Virus record (IMG/VR): IMGVR_UViG_3300037119_002018
Coordinates: 1 to 30,844 of that record
Length of the DNA stretch: 30,844 bases
Direction: 5' to 3' (one strand)
Source: a virus
Taxonomy: Duplodnaviria; Caudoviricetes
Position 1 is the first letter of the stretch. Each line of letters starts with the position of its first letter. Position numbers and translations under genes: made by a program. This document shows positions 8,577-16,119 of the stretch, in pieces. The notes beneath the pieces are model-generated. The model was given only the letters and a program-made list of their open reading frames with translations, did no database searches and was not told the origin of the DNA.

Positions 8577-9263
8577 CCATCCTGCGTCCACCCGGCGCCG
8601 CCACATGGTCGACATTTTCCGTACTGTCACCGACTGGCCGTCCAACTCCATCACCACCTTCGGATAGATATTGTCGGGGGTGGCCTGTACGGGAGGGATG
8701 CTCCAGTCGATGTCTAAGCCTGATCCGAAGGAGTGGGCGGGACGTTCATGGCGGCCTTTCCACATGAGCGATTCGACACCCCGATGTTCAACCAGGGAAG
8801 GCCACGAGTAGTACGCGTCGATCTTCTTCGCCGAATACCACATCCACAACCGCCGGTCGTAGGAAGGCCCCCGGTAAACATCCCCCACCCGGACGATGTC
8901 CTTGATGTGTTCGACGGGGAGAACGTTCGCTACTCCATACAACGGCCCGAGACCCGCCCACCAGGAGACGGGGTTCAAATAGGCGACCTGCTCGAGGCGT
9001 TTCGTGTTCTGGGAGTACAGACAGATCGGATGTTCCCCCGAATATTCGACCGCCCTTGAAACGCTCTCCACGAGACCTTCGGAGAGGACCGCATCATCCT
9101 GCACGATGAGACAATGCGTGCCCGTAGCCGAAAGCAGGGCGCGTCTGTGAGTGTCCCATGTGTTGTCCCTCTCATCCCAAGTGATCGGAGCGTCCAGCAC
9201 CTTCGATAACTCGTTCGCCCAGGCTTCCCTCTTAGGATGGGCGGCGATCCTTATGGACAACAC
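8556..9263 (-). CDS. Glycosyltransferase (GT-A-like, actinophage type); probable start GTG 9263
   Basis: 'AAHPKR', 'ITWDE', 'CLIVQDDAVL', 'YSWPSLVEH'; clear paralog of 11339-11956; paralog alignment puts the start near 9263 rather than 9317. Confidence 0.7.
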   Translation of the reverse strand: MLSIRIAAHPKREAWANELSKVLDAPITWDERDNTWDTHRRALLSATGTHCLIVQDDAVLSEGLVESVSRAVEYSGEHPICLYSQNTKRLEQVAYLNPVSWWAGLGPLYGVANVLPVEHIKDIVRVGDVYRGPSYDRRLWMWYSAKKIDAYYSWPSLVEHRGVESLMWKGRHERPAHSFGSGLDIDWSIPPVQATPDNIYPKVVMELDGQSVTVRKMSTMWRRRVDAGWKEKAPR

Positions 9264-9885
9264 GCTCCCCAAGATAATCCACCAGATGTGGATCGGACCT
9301 CCACTCCCCCTCCACATCTACCAGATGATGCAATCCTGGAAAGAGCACCACCCTGAATGGGAGGTCAAACTCTGGACGGAAGCCCCGCGCTTAGTGAACC
9401 AGGAGCTGTGGGACAACGCGGAGAAGATCTCACCGAAAGCGCCCGAACAGTTCCGCTCCGACGTTGCTAGGTACGAGATCCTCTACCACGACGGGGGGAT
9501 CTGGGCTGACGCCGACTTCGTCTGCCAGCGACCCTTCGACGCATTAGCACACGGAATCTTCGCCGGGCAGGAGACCCGACAATGGTTGAACAACGCTCTC
9601 ATCGGCGCTCCCCCGGGACATGACATGCTCCTCGAGTTGATCGCACGCCTCCCCGCCAACGTCGAACGACAGAACCCGAGCGCGGGGAACACTGTCAAAT
9701 CGGGGCCCCAGTTCTTCACCCCCATCGCCCGGAGACACAAGATCACTGAATATCCGCAGAGGTACTTCTACCCGTACCGCTGGAACGAACTCCACCTCGG
9801 CGCCAACGACTACCCCGACTCGTACGCGGTGCATCACTGGCAGAACCAAAGACGCATACAGGGGAAACCCTTTGTCGCTGTCTGA
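9253..9885 (+). CDS. Glycosyltransferase, GT32/OCH1-like (DXD sugar-binding region); probable start ATG 9253
   Basis: 'LPKIIHQMWIG', 'RSDVARYEILYHDGGIWADADF', 'NNALIGAPPGH', 'SGPQFFT', 'YAVHHW'. Confidence 0.85.
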   Translation: MDNTLPKIIHQMWIGPPLPLHIYQMMQSWKEHHPEWEVKLWTEAPRLVNQELWDNAEKISPKAPEQFRSDVARYEILYHDGGIWADADFVCQRPFDALAHGIFAGQETRQWLNNALIGAPPGHDMLLELIARLPANVERQNPSAGNTVKSGPQFFTPIARRHKITEYPQRYFYPYRWNELHLGANDYPDSYAVHHWQNQRRIQGKPFVAV

Positions 9886-10399
9886 ACTTGCCGGCCTCAT
9901 CCCCACCGAGGTCGGGGAAACCCTCTCCAAGTACGCGGCGCTCGCCGAATATCCGATCGTGGAGGTCGGGTCGTACAAGGGGAAGTCCACCTGCTACCTC
10001 GCCTCCGCAACGAAACAGACGGTGTACGCGGTGGACCCGTGGGATCTGGTGGGGAACCCTGCGGGACGGTTCGGGTTCACCACCGCCCGCGACGACTTCG
10101 ACCTGCAGACCAAGCCCTATCCGAACATCGTCCCGATCCAGGGGTTCAGCGTGAAAATCGCCGAAACCTGGGATCACGGCTCGGTCGGATTGTTGTTCGT
10201 CGATGGGGACCATTCCGAACAGGCGGTCTACAACGACGTGCTCGCCTGGATGAAATACCTGGTTTCGGATGCGGTGGTGATCCTCGACGATTTGGACACC
10301 CCCAAAAACCCGGGAGTCCGCAGGGCCGCGGAGCGTCTTAGAAGGATGCTCGGGGATTTCACGGTGGAAGCGGAACGACTGGCCATATGGAGATTGTGA
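9872..10399 (+). CDS. Class I SAM-dependent methyltransferase (Methyltransf_24-like)
   Basis: 'IVEVGSYKGKST', 'VYAVDPW', 'LLFVDGDHSEQAVYND', 'VILDD'. Confidence 0.85.
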   Translation: MSLSELAGLIPTEVGETLSKYAALAEYPIVEVGSYKGKSTCYLASATKQTVYAVDPWDLVGNPAGRFGFTTARDDFDLQTKPYPNIVPIQGFSVKIAETWDHGSVGLLFVDGDHSEQAVYNDVLAWMKYLVSDAVVILDDLDTPKNPGVRRAAERLRRMLGDFTVEAERLAIWRL

Positions 10400-11046
10400 C
10401 CCTCGACTACCACGGCAAGCCGTACCGGATCTACAACCCCGGCGAAGGACGGGTCGGGTCGAAGCTGTCGATGGGGACCGCCTACGAACTGATGCTCCTC
10501 GAAGACGTCTACGACCTCGGCCTATCCGGTTCCGCCTTCGACGTGGGAGCGCACATCGGAAACCACACCCTCTACTTCGGGGCGGTCTGCGGGTTCAAGG
10601 TGTACGCCTGGGAGCCCCACGACGGATCGTTGAAACAGCTTTACGACAATCTCGGGTTGAACCCTCAACTAGAGGTCGAAGTGTTCGAATGGGCGGCAGG
10701 GAACCGGGAGACTCACGGACGGCTCAGTAAAGGAATGTGGATGGAGTTCGACCCCACCCGGGAAGGCGCGACGATGAAGTTGGAGCGAGGAGACATTCCG
10801 GTCCACCGGATCGACGACCTGCTTTCAGTCTCGGATCTGGCGGTGGTCAAAATCGACGTTGAAGGGATGGAACCCGAAGTCCTCGAAGGGATGACCGAAC
10901 ATTTGAAAAGTTGCCGTCCGGTGGTCTACTGCGAAACCCACACCCGACTAGCACAGGAGAGGATTCGTCGGGTCCTCGAACCGTTGGGCTATCACCTAGA
11001 GAAGATCCTCCAGATGGGCTCACCGCAGCATCGTTGGGACCCATGA
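10387..11046 (+). CDS. FkbM-family methyltransferase
   Basis: 'FDVGAHIGNHTLYF', 'VYAWEP', 'VVKIDVEGMEPEVLEGM', 'RPVVYCE'. Confidence 0.9.
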   Translation: MEIVTLDYHGKPYRIYNPGEGRVGSKLSMGTAYELMLLEDVYDLGLSGSAFDVGAHIGNHTLYFGAVCGFKVYAWEPHDGSLKQLYDNLGLNPQLEVEVFEWAAGNRETHGRLSKGMWMEFDPTREGATMKLERGDIPVHRIDDLLSVSDLAVVKIDVEGMEPEVLEGMTEHLKSCRPVVYCETHTRLAQERIRRVLEPLGYHLEKILQMGSPQHRWDP

Positions 11047-11342
11047 ACCAGCTATTCCAAGTTGAGCAGTCCGAGAAGACTTCCGACGACTACCTGACTC
11101 CGCGGTGGGTGGTGGACCGCTTCATCTTCCACCGGAACGGCATCGCGCTCCTCCCATATGTCAAAGCATTCTGGCGTCTCGCCATATGGGAATCCGACGC
11201 CGCCATCGGGGAGCTAAGGAACACCGACCGACTGCTCTTTGGACGTGAAGGGAAACCCACCGAGATTATGTTCCCGACTTTCTTCGCCGCCTTCGGGGAT
11301 GAGTGTGTCGAAGCCCTAAGCCATCTTGGGCGGGTCAGATGA
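11043..11342 (+). pseudogene. Internally deleted phage N6-adenine DNA methyltransferase (in-frame, 99 aa)
   Basis: 'TSDDYLTPRWV' is joined directly to 'DRFIFHRNGIALLP...AFG..VEAL..LGRVR'; the intervening FDLD and NPPY/F motifs of this family are absent; ATGA overlaps at both ends. Confidence 0.6.
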
Positions 11343-11956
11343 TCGCCTATCAGGTGATGGCGCACCCCTCCCGGATGGAGATGGTCGGACCCCTAGCCAA
11401 ATCGTTGAAAGCTGGGATCACCTGGGATGAGCAGTCCTCACGGTGGGACACCGGCAGACGAGCGTGGGAAGCCCTCGCAGATTCGGAAGCCGAATACGGA
11501 TGCGTGATCCAAGACGACGCCGTCCTCTGCCGCGGGTTCACCAGGATTCTCCCGAAAGCTCTCGAGTATGTTCCTGAAAGGAGTCCGGTGGTTCTCTACG
11601 CGGGAACTTCGATCCGCTCCCAAGTCCGCCACGTCAAAGACGCCTCGTTTCTGGTGATGCGCCAGATCATTTGGGGGCCCGGCATCGTGATCCCCACCAA
11701 CCTGATCCGCAAGGTTCTCGCAGTGGGGGAGCATTACCGGATCGACAATTACGATCTCAGACTGTCCAAATGGTTCGAACGGAGCGGGGTCCCCGTCTGG
11801 TACACCTGGCCTTCCCTGGTGAACCATCGGAACGGGCCCTCCCTTGTTCAAGGACGTACCGGAGGCAGGCACGCCTACTGGTTCGCCAACCAACCGGAAC
11901 TGGTCGACTGGTCCCTCCCCCCCGTAGTCCTTGCTAGAGCCCGACCCTCAAGGTAA
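11339..11956 (+). CDS. Glycosyltransferase (GT-A-like, actinophage type); start ATG 11339
   Basis: 'MAHPSR', 'ITWDE', 'CVIQDDAVLC', 'YTWPSLVNH'; ATGA overlap with the preceding gene. Confidence 0.75.
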   Translation: MIAYQVMAHPSRMEMVGPLAKSLKAGITWDEQSSRWDTGRRAWEALADSEAEYGCVIQDDAVLCRGFTRILPKALEYVPERSPVVLYAGTSIRSQVRHVKDASFLVMRQIIWGPGIVIPTNLIRKVLAVGEHYRIDNYDLRLSKWFERSGVPVWYTWPSLVNHRNGPSLVQGRTGGRHAYWFANQPELVDWSLPPVVLARARPSR

Positions 11957-11959
11957 GGT
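11931..11959 (+). promoter_or_regulatory. SigA-like promoter of the capsid pentamer/tail operon (TTGCTA-N17-TAAGGT)
   Basis: Same -35 and spacing as 6795-6823; both are preceded by TCC. Confidence 0.65.
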
Positions 11960-11968
11960 TCAGGGTTA

Positions 11969-12000
11969 GGTCAGCGTGTAGTCGCGGCCCTCTTAGGAGG
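11969..12000 (+). promoter_or_regulatory. Leader hairpin GGTC-A-GCG-TGTAGT-CGC-GGCC followed by a CCTC-TTAG-GAGG SD hairpin
   Basis: Second copy of the capsid-leader motif; the SD GGAGG can pair with the adjacent CCTC. Confidence 0.5.
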
Positions 12001-12003
12001 ATT

Positions 12004-12852
12004 ATGCCCCGCACGCTGCCAACCCCCACCAGAACCCGAGTCCGAGCAGGATCGTTGCGTGACACCCTGGGTATCGCCTGGGAGGAGAACGCCGACCGCC
12101 TCGTCGACACCGGAACCTTCTTCGGGGGGGTCTGCCACGTTCCACACGACCTGTTCGACACTTGCGCCGACGACCTCAACAAGACCGGGACGTCGGGGGA
12201 AGGGTCAGTCGAATTTCCAGTGTTCGGGTTTTACGAGTCGGGGACTTGTACCACCGCCGCCGACCCTTCCGTTATTGAACGGTTGATGACGGACGTGGCG
12301 CAGAAAGCGGCCAACTCCCAATCGTTCAACGTGGAACGCGGCCTGTGGAACGGCCGGGCCGATTCGGTTCCCGCCGCGGACTCCTGGTTTCTCGCCTCGT
12401 CAGGAGCCGCCGATCCGAACGGGGGAGTCGCCACCGGGATCGTCCCCGCGCTCGCGGACATGGTCGCCGCTTTGGACGCTGCTTTGGGTGGGGAGCGGGG
12501 CATCGTCCACGTCCCCCACTTTCTGATCCCGTTCCTCCAGTTCTACGGCCAGATCGACCGTCAAGGGAACGTGCTGAGCCTGAACCACACCGACCATCTC
12601 CTCGTCGCCGGCACCGGATACGACGGCTCCGACCCGGGCGGGAACGTGACCGCCGGAGAACCGTGGATCTACGGGACCGGCCCGGTAGGAGTCGCGGTCT
12701 CCCCCACCATCAACCTCTCCTCAGTGGATTGGGAGACGAACACGCTCACCGTCTACTCGGAGAACTCCGCCGCCGCATATTTCTCGCCTTGCGCCCACAT
12801 CGGAATCCCGGTCTGTATCCCAGACCCGGGACCGGAATGCGGAGCAAGTTAA
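12004..12852 (+). CDS. Capsid pentamer-type protein (second capsid protein)
   Basis: 282 aa; AGGAGG SD; 'VERGLWNG', 'RGIVHVP', 'VAGTGYDG', 'WIYGTGPVGV' resemble Rosebush-type pentamer proteins; located between the MCP and major tail genes. Confidence 0.7.
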   Translation: MPRTLPTPTRTRVRAGSLRDTLGIAWEENADRLVDTGTFFGGVCHVPHDLFDTCADDLNKTGTSGEGSVEFPVFGFYESGTCTTAADPSVIERLMTDVAQKAANSQSFNVERGLWNGRADSVPAADSWFLASSGAADPNGGVATGIVPALADMVAALDAALGGERGIVHVPHFLIPFLQFYGQIDRQGNVLSLNHTDHLLVAGTGYDGSDPGGNVTAGEPWIYGTGPVGVAVSPTINLSSVDWETNTLTVYSENSAAAYFSPCAHIGIPVCIPDPGPECGAS

Positions 12853-12886
12853 TGAGACACCAACTGCCACAGAAAGGAAATAGCTA

Positions 12887-13555
12887 ATGGCTTGTTGGAA
12901 TAGCGCCGATCTGTGTGCAGTCAGGTTCAGCCTGCTGGACTCGGACGGCTCCCCCCTGTGTGACGAACCCGACGGGACCGTCTACACGATGACCCCCATC
13001 TCACTGGCGGTGACCCCCACATTGGATGCGGGGGAGACAGTGACCACCCGAACCGGATGTGGCGACATTTGCTACACCCGGACCGACCCTGATGTTGCTA
13101 CCGGCGCCGACCTGGTGTTGACCCTCTGCAACTACGACCCCGAGTTCATCGCTCTCGCGGTGGGCGCGGAGATCCTGACCGCCAACGGGCAGCCGGGATG
13201 GGCGAAGGGTGTGCAGGTCGCCGACGCGGTGGAAGCCCACTTCTGGACGAAGAGCCTCGACGGCTCCAGCCAGAATGCGGCTCCCAACTCGTACTGGCAC
13301 CACGTTTACCCCCACGTCATCTGGACGCTAGGCAACTACACGTTCGGACGTGACAGCCTGCAAATGGTGTTGAACGGGACCGCGGCACCATCCTCGAGCC
13401 TGGGGACCGGCGGTTTCGAAGACGTGCCGACCATTGTCGACCCGTACTTTGAGGCTCACTGGACCGCAACCGACATTCCCGACCCGGACGTCTCCCCGTA
13501 CAACCAGAACCTTCTGGAATGCGGGTTCATCGACACTCCGAACTGCAGCTCATGA
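12887..13555 (+). CDS. Major tail protein
   Basis: 222 aa; AGAAAGGA SD; 'VRFSLLDSDGSP', 'GCGDIC', 'LTLCNYDPE' resemble cluster-B-like tail tube proteins; synteny. Confidence 0.7.
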   Translation: MACWNSADLCAVRFSLLDSDGSPLCDEPDGTVYTMTPISLAVTPTLDAGETVTTRTGCGDICYTRTDPDVATGADLVLTLCNYDPEFIALAVGAEILTANGQPGWAKGVQVADAVEAHFWTKSLDGSSQNAAPNSYWHHVYPHVIWTLGNYTFGRDSLQMVLNGTAAPSSSLGTGGFEDVPTIVDPYFEAHWTATDIPDPDVSPYNQNLLECGFIDTPNCSS

Positions 13556-13665
13556 ACGAGTCAATAACTGAGGACATCAAGATCGAAGGGGTGGGTGTCA
13601 TAACCCACCCTGACGCCTGCATGTGCGCGGGCGACTGCTGCGCTCTAGAGGAGGATGAGGACTAA
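13552..13665 (+). CDS. 37-aa acidic Cys-rich peptide (not in the ORF track)
   Basis: MNESITEDIKIEGVGVITHPDACMCAGDCCALEEDED; ATGA overlap upstream and TAATG overlap downstream; exactly fills the gap. Confidence 0.55.
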   Translation: MNESITEDIKIEGVGVITHPDACMCAGDCCALEEDED

Positions 13666-14063
13666 TGGCTCTTGGAATCGTGGCGGCAGTACGGAACTCA
13701 CGGTTGGATGTGATCACGGCGGCGATCGACGCCGGCACCGCAGGACTGCTCCGTATCTACGACGGTTCCCGTCCGGCGACCGGCGGCGCAGCAACAACGC
13801 TGCTCGCAGAACTCACCTTCTCGGACCCTTCGGCGGCTGGCGCTGCGGCGGGTGTGCTGACGTTTTCGGCGATCACTGCGGACGCAAGCGCGAATGCGAC
13901 CGGGACCGCAACCTGGTTCCGTATTGTCACCTCCGCGGCAGCGTTCGTGTTGGACGGGAGCGTTTCGACTTCGGGTGCGGATATCAACTTCAACACGACT
14001 TCGATCGTGACCGGAGCGAACGTCAGCGTCTCCTCTCTGGTGTTCACCGAAGGCAACCCCTGA
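13665..14063 (+). CDS. Small beta-rich virion protein (fibre/decoration subunit-like)
   Basis: 'RNSRLD', 'LRIYDGSRP', 'LLAELT', 'ADASANATGTATWFRI', 'LDGSVSTSGADI'; a recurrent phage family often found upstream of repeat fibre genes. Confidence 0.65.
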   Translation: MALGIVAAVRNSRLDVITAAIDAGTAGLLRIYDGSRPATGGAATTLLAELTFSDPSAAGAAAGVLTFSAITADASANATGTATWFRIVTSAAAFVLDGSVSTSGADINFNTTSIVTGANVSVSSLVFTEGNP

Positions 14064-14077
14064 TATAGAGGCCTGAC

Positions 14078-15838
14078 ATGGCGCAGGCCGTCCACTATTT
14101 CGAACGGCTCACGAGCCAAGTTTCGAACACGTCGACAACGTTCACGACGGCGCTCACCGTGTCCGCGGCGGATCTGTCCGGCGCGGGGTTCGTCAACAAC
14201 GATGAAGTGCTGCTCCTCGTATGGGGGTTGTTTCGTGGTGGTGCCGCCGGCGCTGCTGAAGCGAGAGGGCAGGTCACTTATAACGGTTCGCTGATCGGGA
14301 ACATTCAACAGACGGATTCGAACGGTCCCGGGTCGACCGGTTTAGAGCAGAACCTGCCGTGGCTGTTCCGGTTGGATCTCGCCACCCTTGCCGACATTGA
14401 TTTGGATGTCGCCACTAATACTGCAGCCACAGCCTGCACGGTTGAGTTAGCGACGATCACCGTCGTACGTCTCGCCGATTTCGGATCGGAGAATACGGAC
14501 TGGTGGTGGAACGAGAACACGAGCCTCACCGCCTTAACCAATACGATGGTGTCGTTCGCGACTAAAACATTCACGCCAGCCGCCGACGATTATGTCGTCC
14601 TGTCGTCGGGCCAATTCGTTATCGACACGGTCGCAGACAACCTCGAAAGCCAGTTGCGGGTCGACGGTGCCGTGGTTTACGGGCCGGTATCAGAGGAGGG
14701 GGAGTCCGCCAATGAGGAGCTGGCCCGCTTCCACTGGCACGCGCAAGCCTTAACTAATGCTTCGCATACCGTGGACGTTCAAGCCCGAGACGACAGCGGG
14801 GCGACGACTAACGACCACCGGTCGTCGAACGTTTTTATTTTCCGCCGGTCGGCCTGGTCGGACATTTACACGACCCTCCCCGGCACCGTGTCCGTAGCCG
14901 GCGCAACCGACGTTCAGATCGCCACTCTCACCGACACGCTCTCCACGTCGCAGGATCTGATCTTCTGTGGGCTCGCCCGGAAAACGACTGATGCGACCGA
15001 CCAGCAAGGGTTCATGTGGGTCCGATCCGGTGGAAGCACCATCCTCGACCCGGTCGCAGATGACGGTTCGGGTATTTCCAACTGGGCTTCACACGATGGG
15101 AGCGACCTAAAAAACACTTACCTGCTCGGCTTCCAAACTTCCGTATCGGGGACTCTCGACTACGACCTGTTCATCCACGACAACGACGCGACCACCCTGA
15201 ACGCTCTCGATTGTCGGTTCATGGTCTGGGGGATGAACCTAGCGTCAGCGGCGATCACCGGGACCGGCTCTTCCACCCTCGACGATGTGACCTCCGCAGG
15301 CTCCGGATCGGAGTCGATGCTCGCCACCGGGTCGACGACCTTGGACGGGGTTACTTCTGCAGGATCGGGATCGGTGGTCAACCCGATCTCCGGGACCGGC
15401 GCTTCAACCCTCGCCGGCGTTACGTCCGCAGGAGTAGGCGTTGAAGGGTTCACCGCTACAGGCGCTTCAACTCTCGCAGGGGTCTCTTCCGCGGGAGCGG
15501 GAGTCGTAGCCAATCCCGTCTCTGGGACGGGCTCAAGCACCCTCGCTGGCGTTACGTCTTCTGGTTCCGGGGTCCTCGGCATCATCGCGTCTGGCTCGTC
15601 TTCTCTGGACGGGGTGGTGTCGCAGGGCTCCGGTACCGTCGCCGACCCCGTCACCGGGACCGGAAGTTCAACGTTGGACGGGGTTACCTCTCAGGGAACC
15701 GGCGAAGCTCTAGTGCCAGGCCACATCGAGAACGTGGTCTGCGACCTTCTCGGACCTGTAGGGGAATGCGAAGATATCGGACCTTCCGGGGACTGTGACT
15801 CTCTAGGCCCACTCTGCGTCGGTAGTATCACCTCGTGA
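14078..15838 (+). CDS. Virion fibre protein: N-terminal beta domains, 7 TGxSTLxGVTS repeats and a Cys-rich tail
   Basis: Same repeat as 4344-5579 at about 15253-15710; C-terminus CDLLGPVGECEDIGPSGDCDSLGPLCVGS. Confidence 0.65.
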   Translation: MAQAVHYFERLTSQVSNTSTTFTTALTVSAADLSGAGFVNNDEVLLLVWGLFRGGAAGAAEARGQVTYNGSLIGNIQQTDSNGPGSTGLEQNLPWLFRLDLATLADIDLDVATNTAATACTVELATITVVRLADFGSENTDWWWNENTSLTALTNTMVSFATKTFTPAADDYVVLSSGQFVIDTVADNLESQLRVDGAVVYGPVSEEGESANEELARFHWHAQALTNASHTVDVQARDDSGATTNDHRSSNVFIFRRSAWSDIYTTLPGTVSVAGATDVQIATLTDTLSTSQDLIFCGLARKTTDATDQQGFMWVRSGGSTILDPVADDGSGISNWASHDGSDLKNTYLLGFQTSVSGTLDYDLFIHDNDATTLNALDCRFMVWGMNLASAAITGTGSSTLDDVTSAGSGSESMLATGSTTLDGVTSAGSGSVVNPISGTGASTLAGVTSAGVGVEGFTATGASTLAGVSSAGAGVVANPVSGTGSSTLAGVTSSGSGVLGIIASGSSSLDGVVSQGSGTVADPVTGTGSSTLDGVTSQGTGEALVPGHIENVVCDLLGPVGECEDIGPSGDCDSLGPLCVGSITS

Positions 15839-16119
15839 GCAATATCACCCTCGGTTCCTCCCGCACCCTCCGCTCCGTCTGGACCGACTCTTCAGGAGAC
15901 CCGGTCAACCCGACCGTTACCTTGACCATCCGCGACCCTTCGGACACGATCACCACTCCCGTCGTTGCTAACCCCGACACCGGGACGTTCACTTCGGTTG
16001 TGCTCTTTGACGAGGTGGGGATCTGGTATTACGAATGGGTCGGGGAGACCGCGGAAGGAACAACCATTTGTGAAGGGAGCGTCTGCATCGTGCCGTCCTC
16101 AGTGTTGGTGTCATCCTGA
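15835..16119 (+). CDS. Small Ig-like/adaptor structural protein
   Basis: GTGA overlap; 'GDPVNPTVTLTIRDP', 'TGTF', 'GIWYYEWVG' beta-sandwich pattern. Confidence 0.55.
   Translation: MSNITLGSSRTLRSVWTDSSGDPVNPTVTLTIRDPSDTITTPVVANPDTGTFTSVVLFDEVGIWYYEWVGETAEGTTICEGSVCIVPSSVLVSS

Noticed and set aside
8480-9270. Minus-strand GT as an invertible phase-variable segment
   Set aside because: No flanking inverted repeats found by eye and no recombinase in the window; its terminator and -10 fit a fixed orientation
9151-9317. ORF-track starts at 9151 (+) and 9317 (-), and similar upstream extensions at 10911, 11303, 16550, 18426, 26137, 26930, 28316, 29328 and 29786
   Set aside because: Downstream starts with SD sequences, stop/start overlaps or family-typical N-termini fit better
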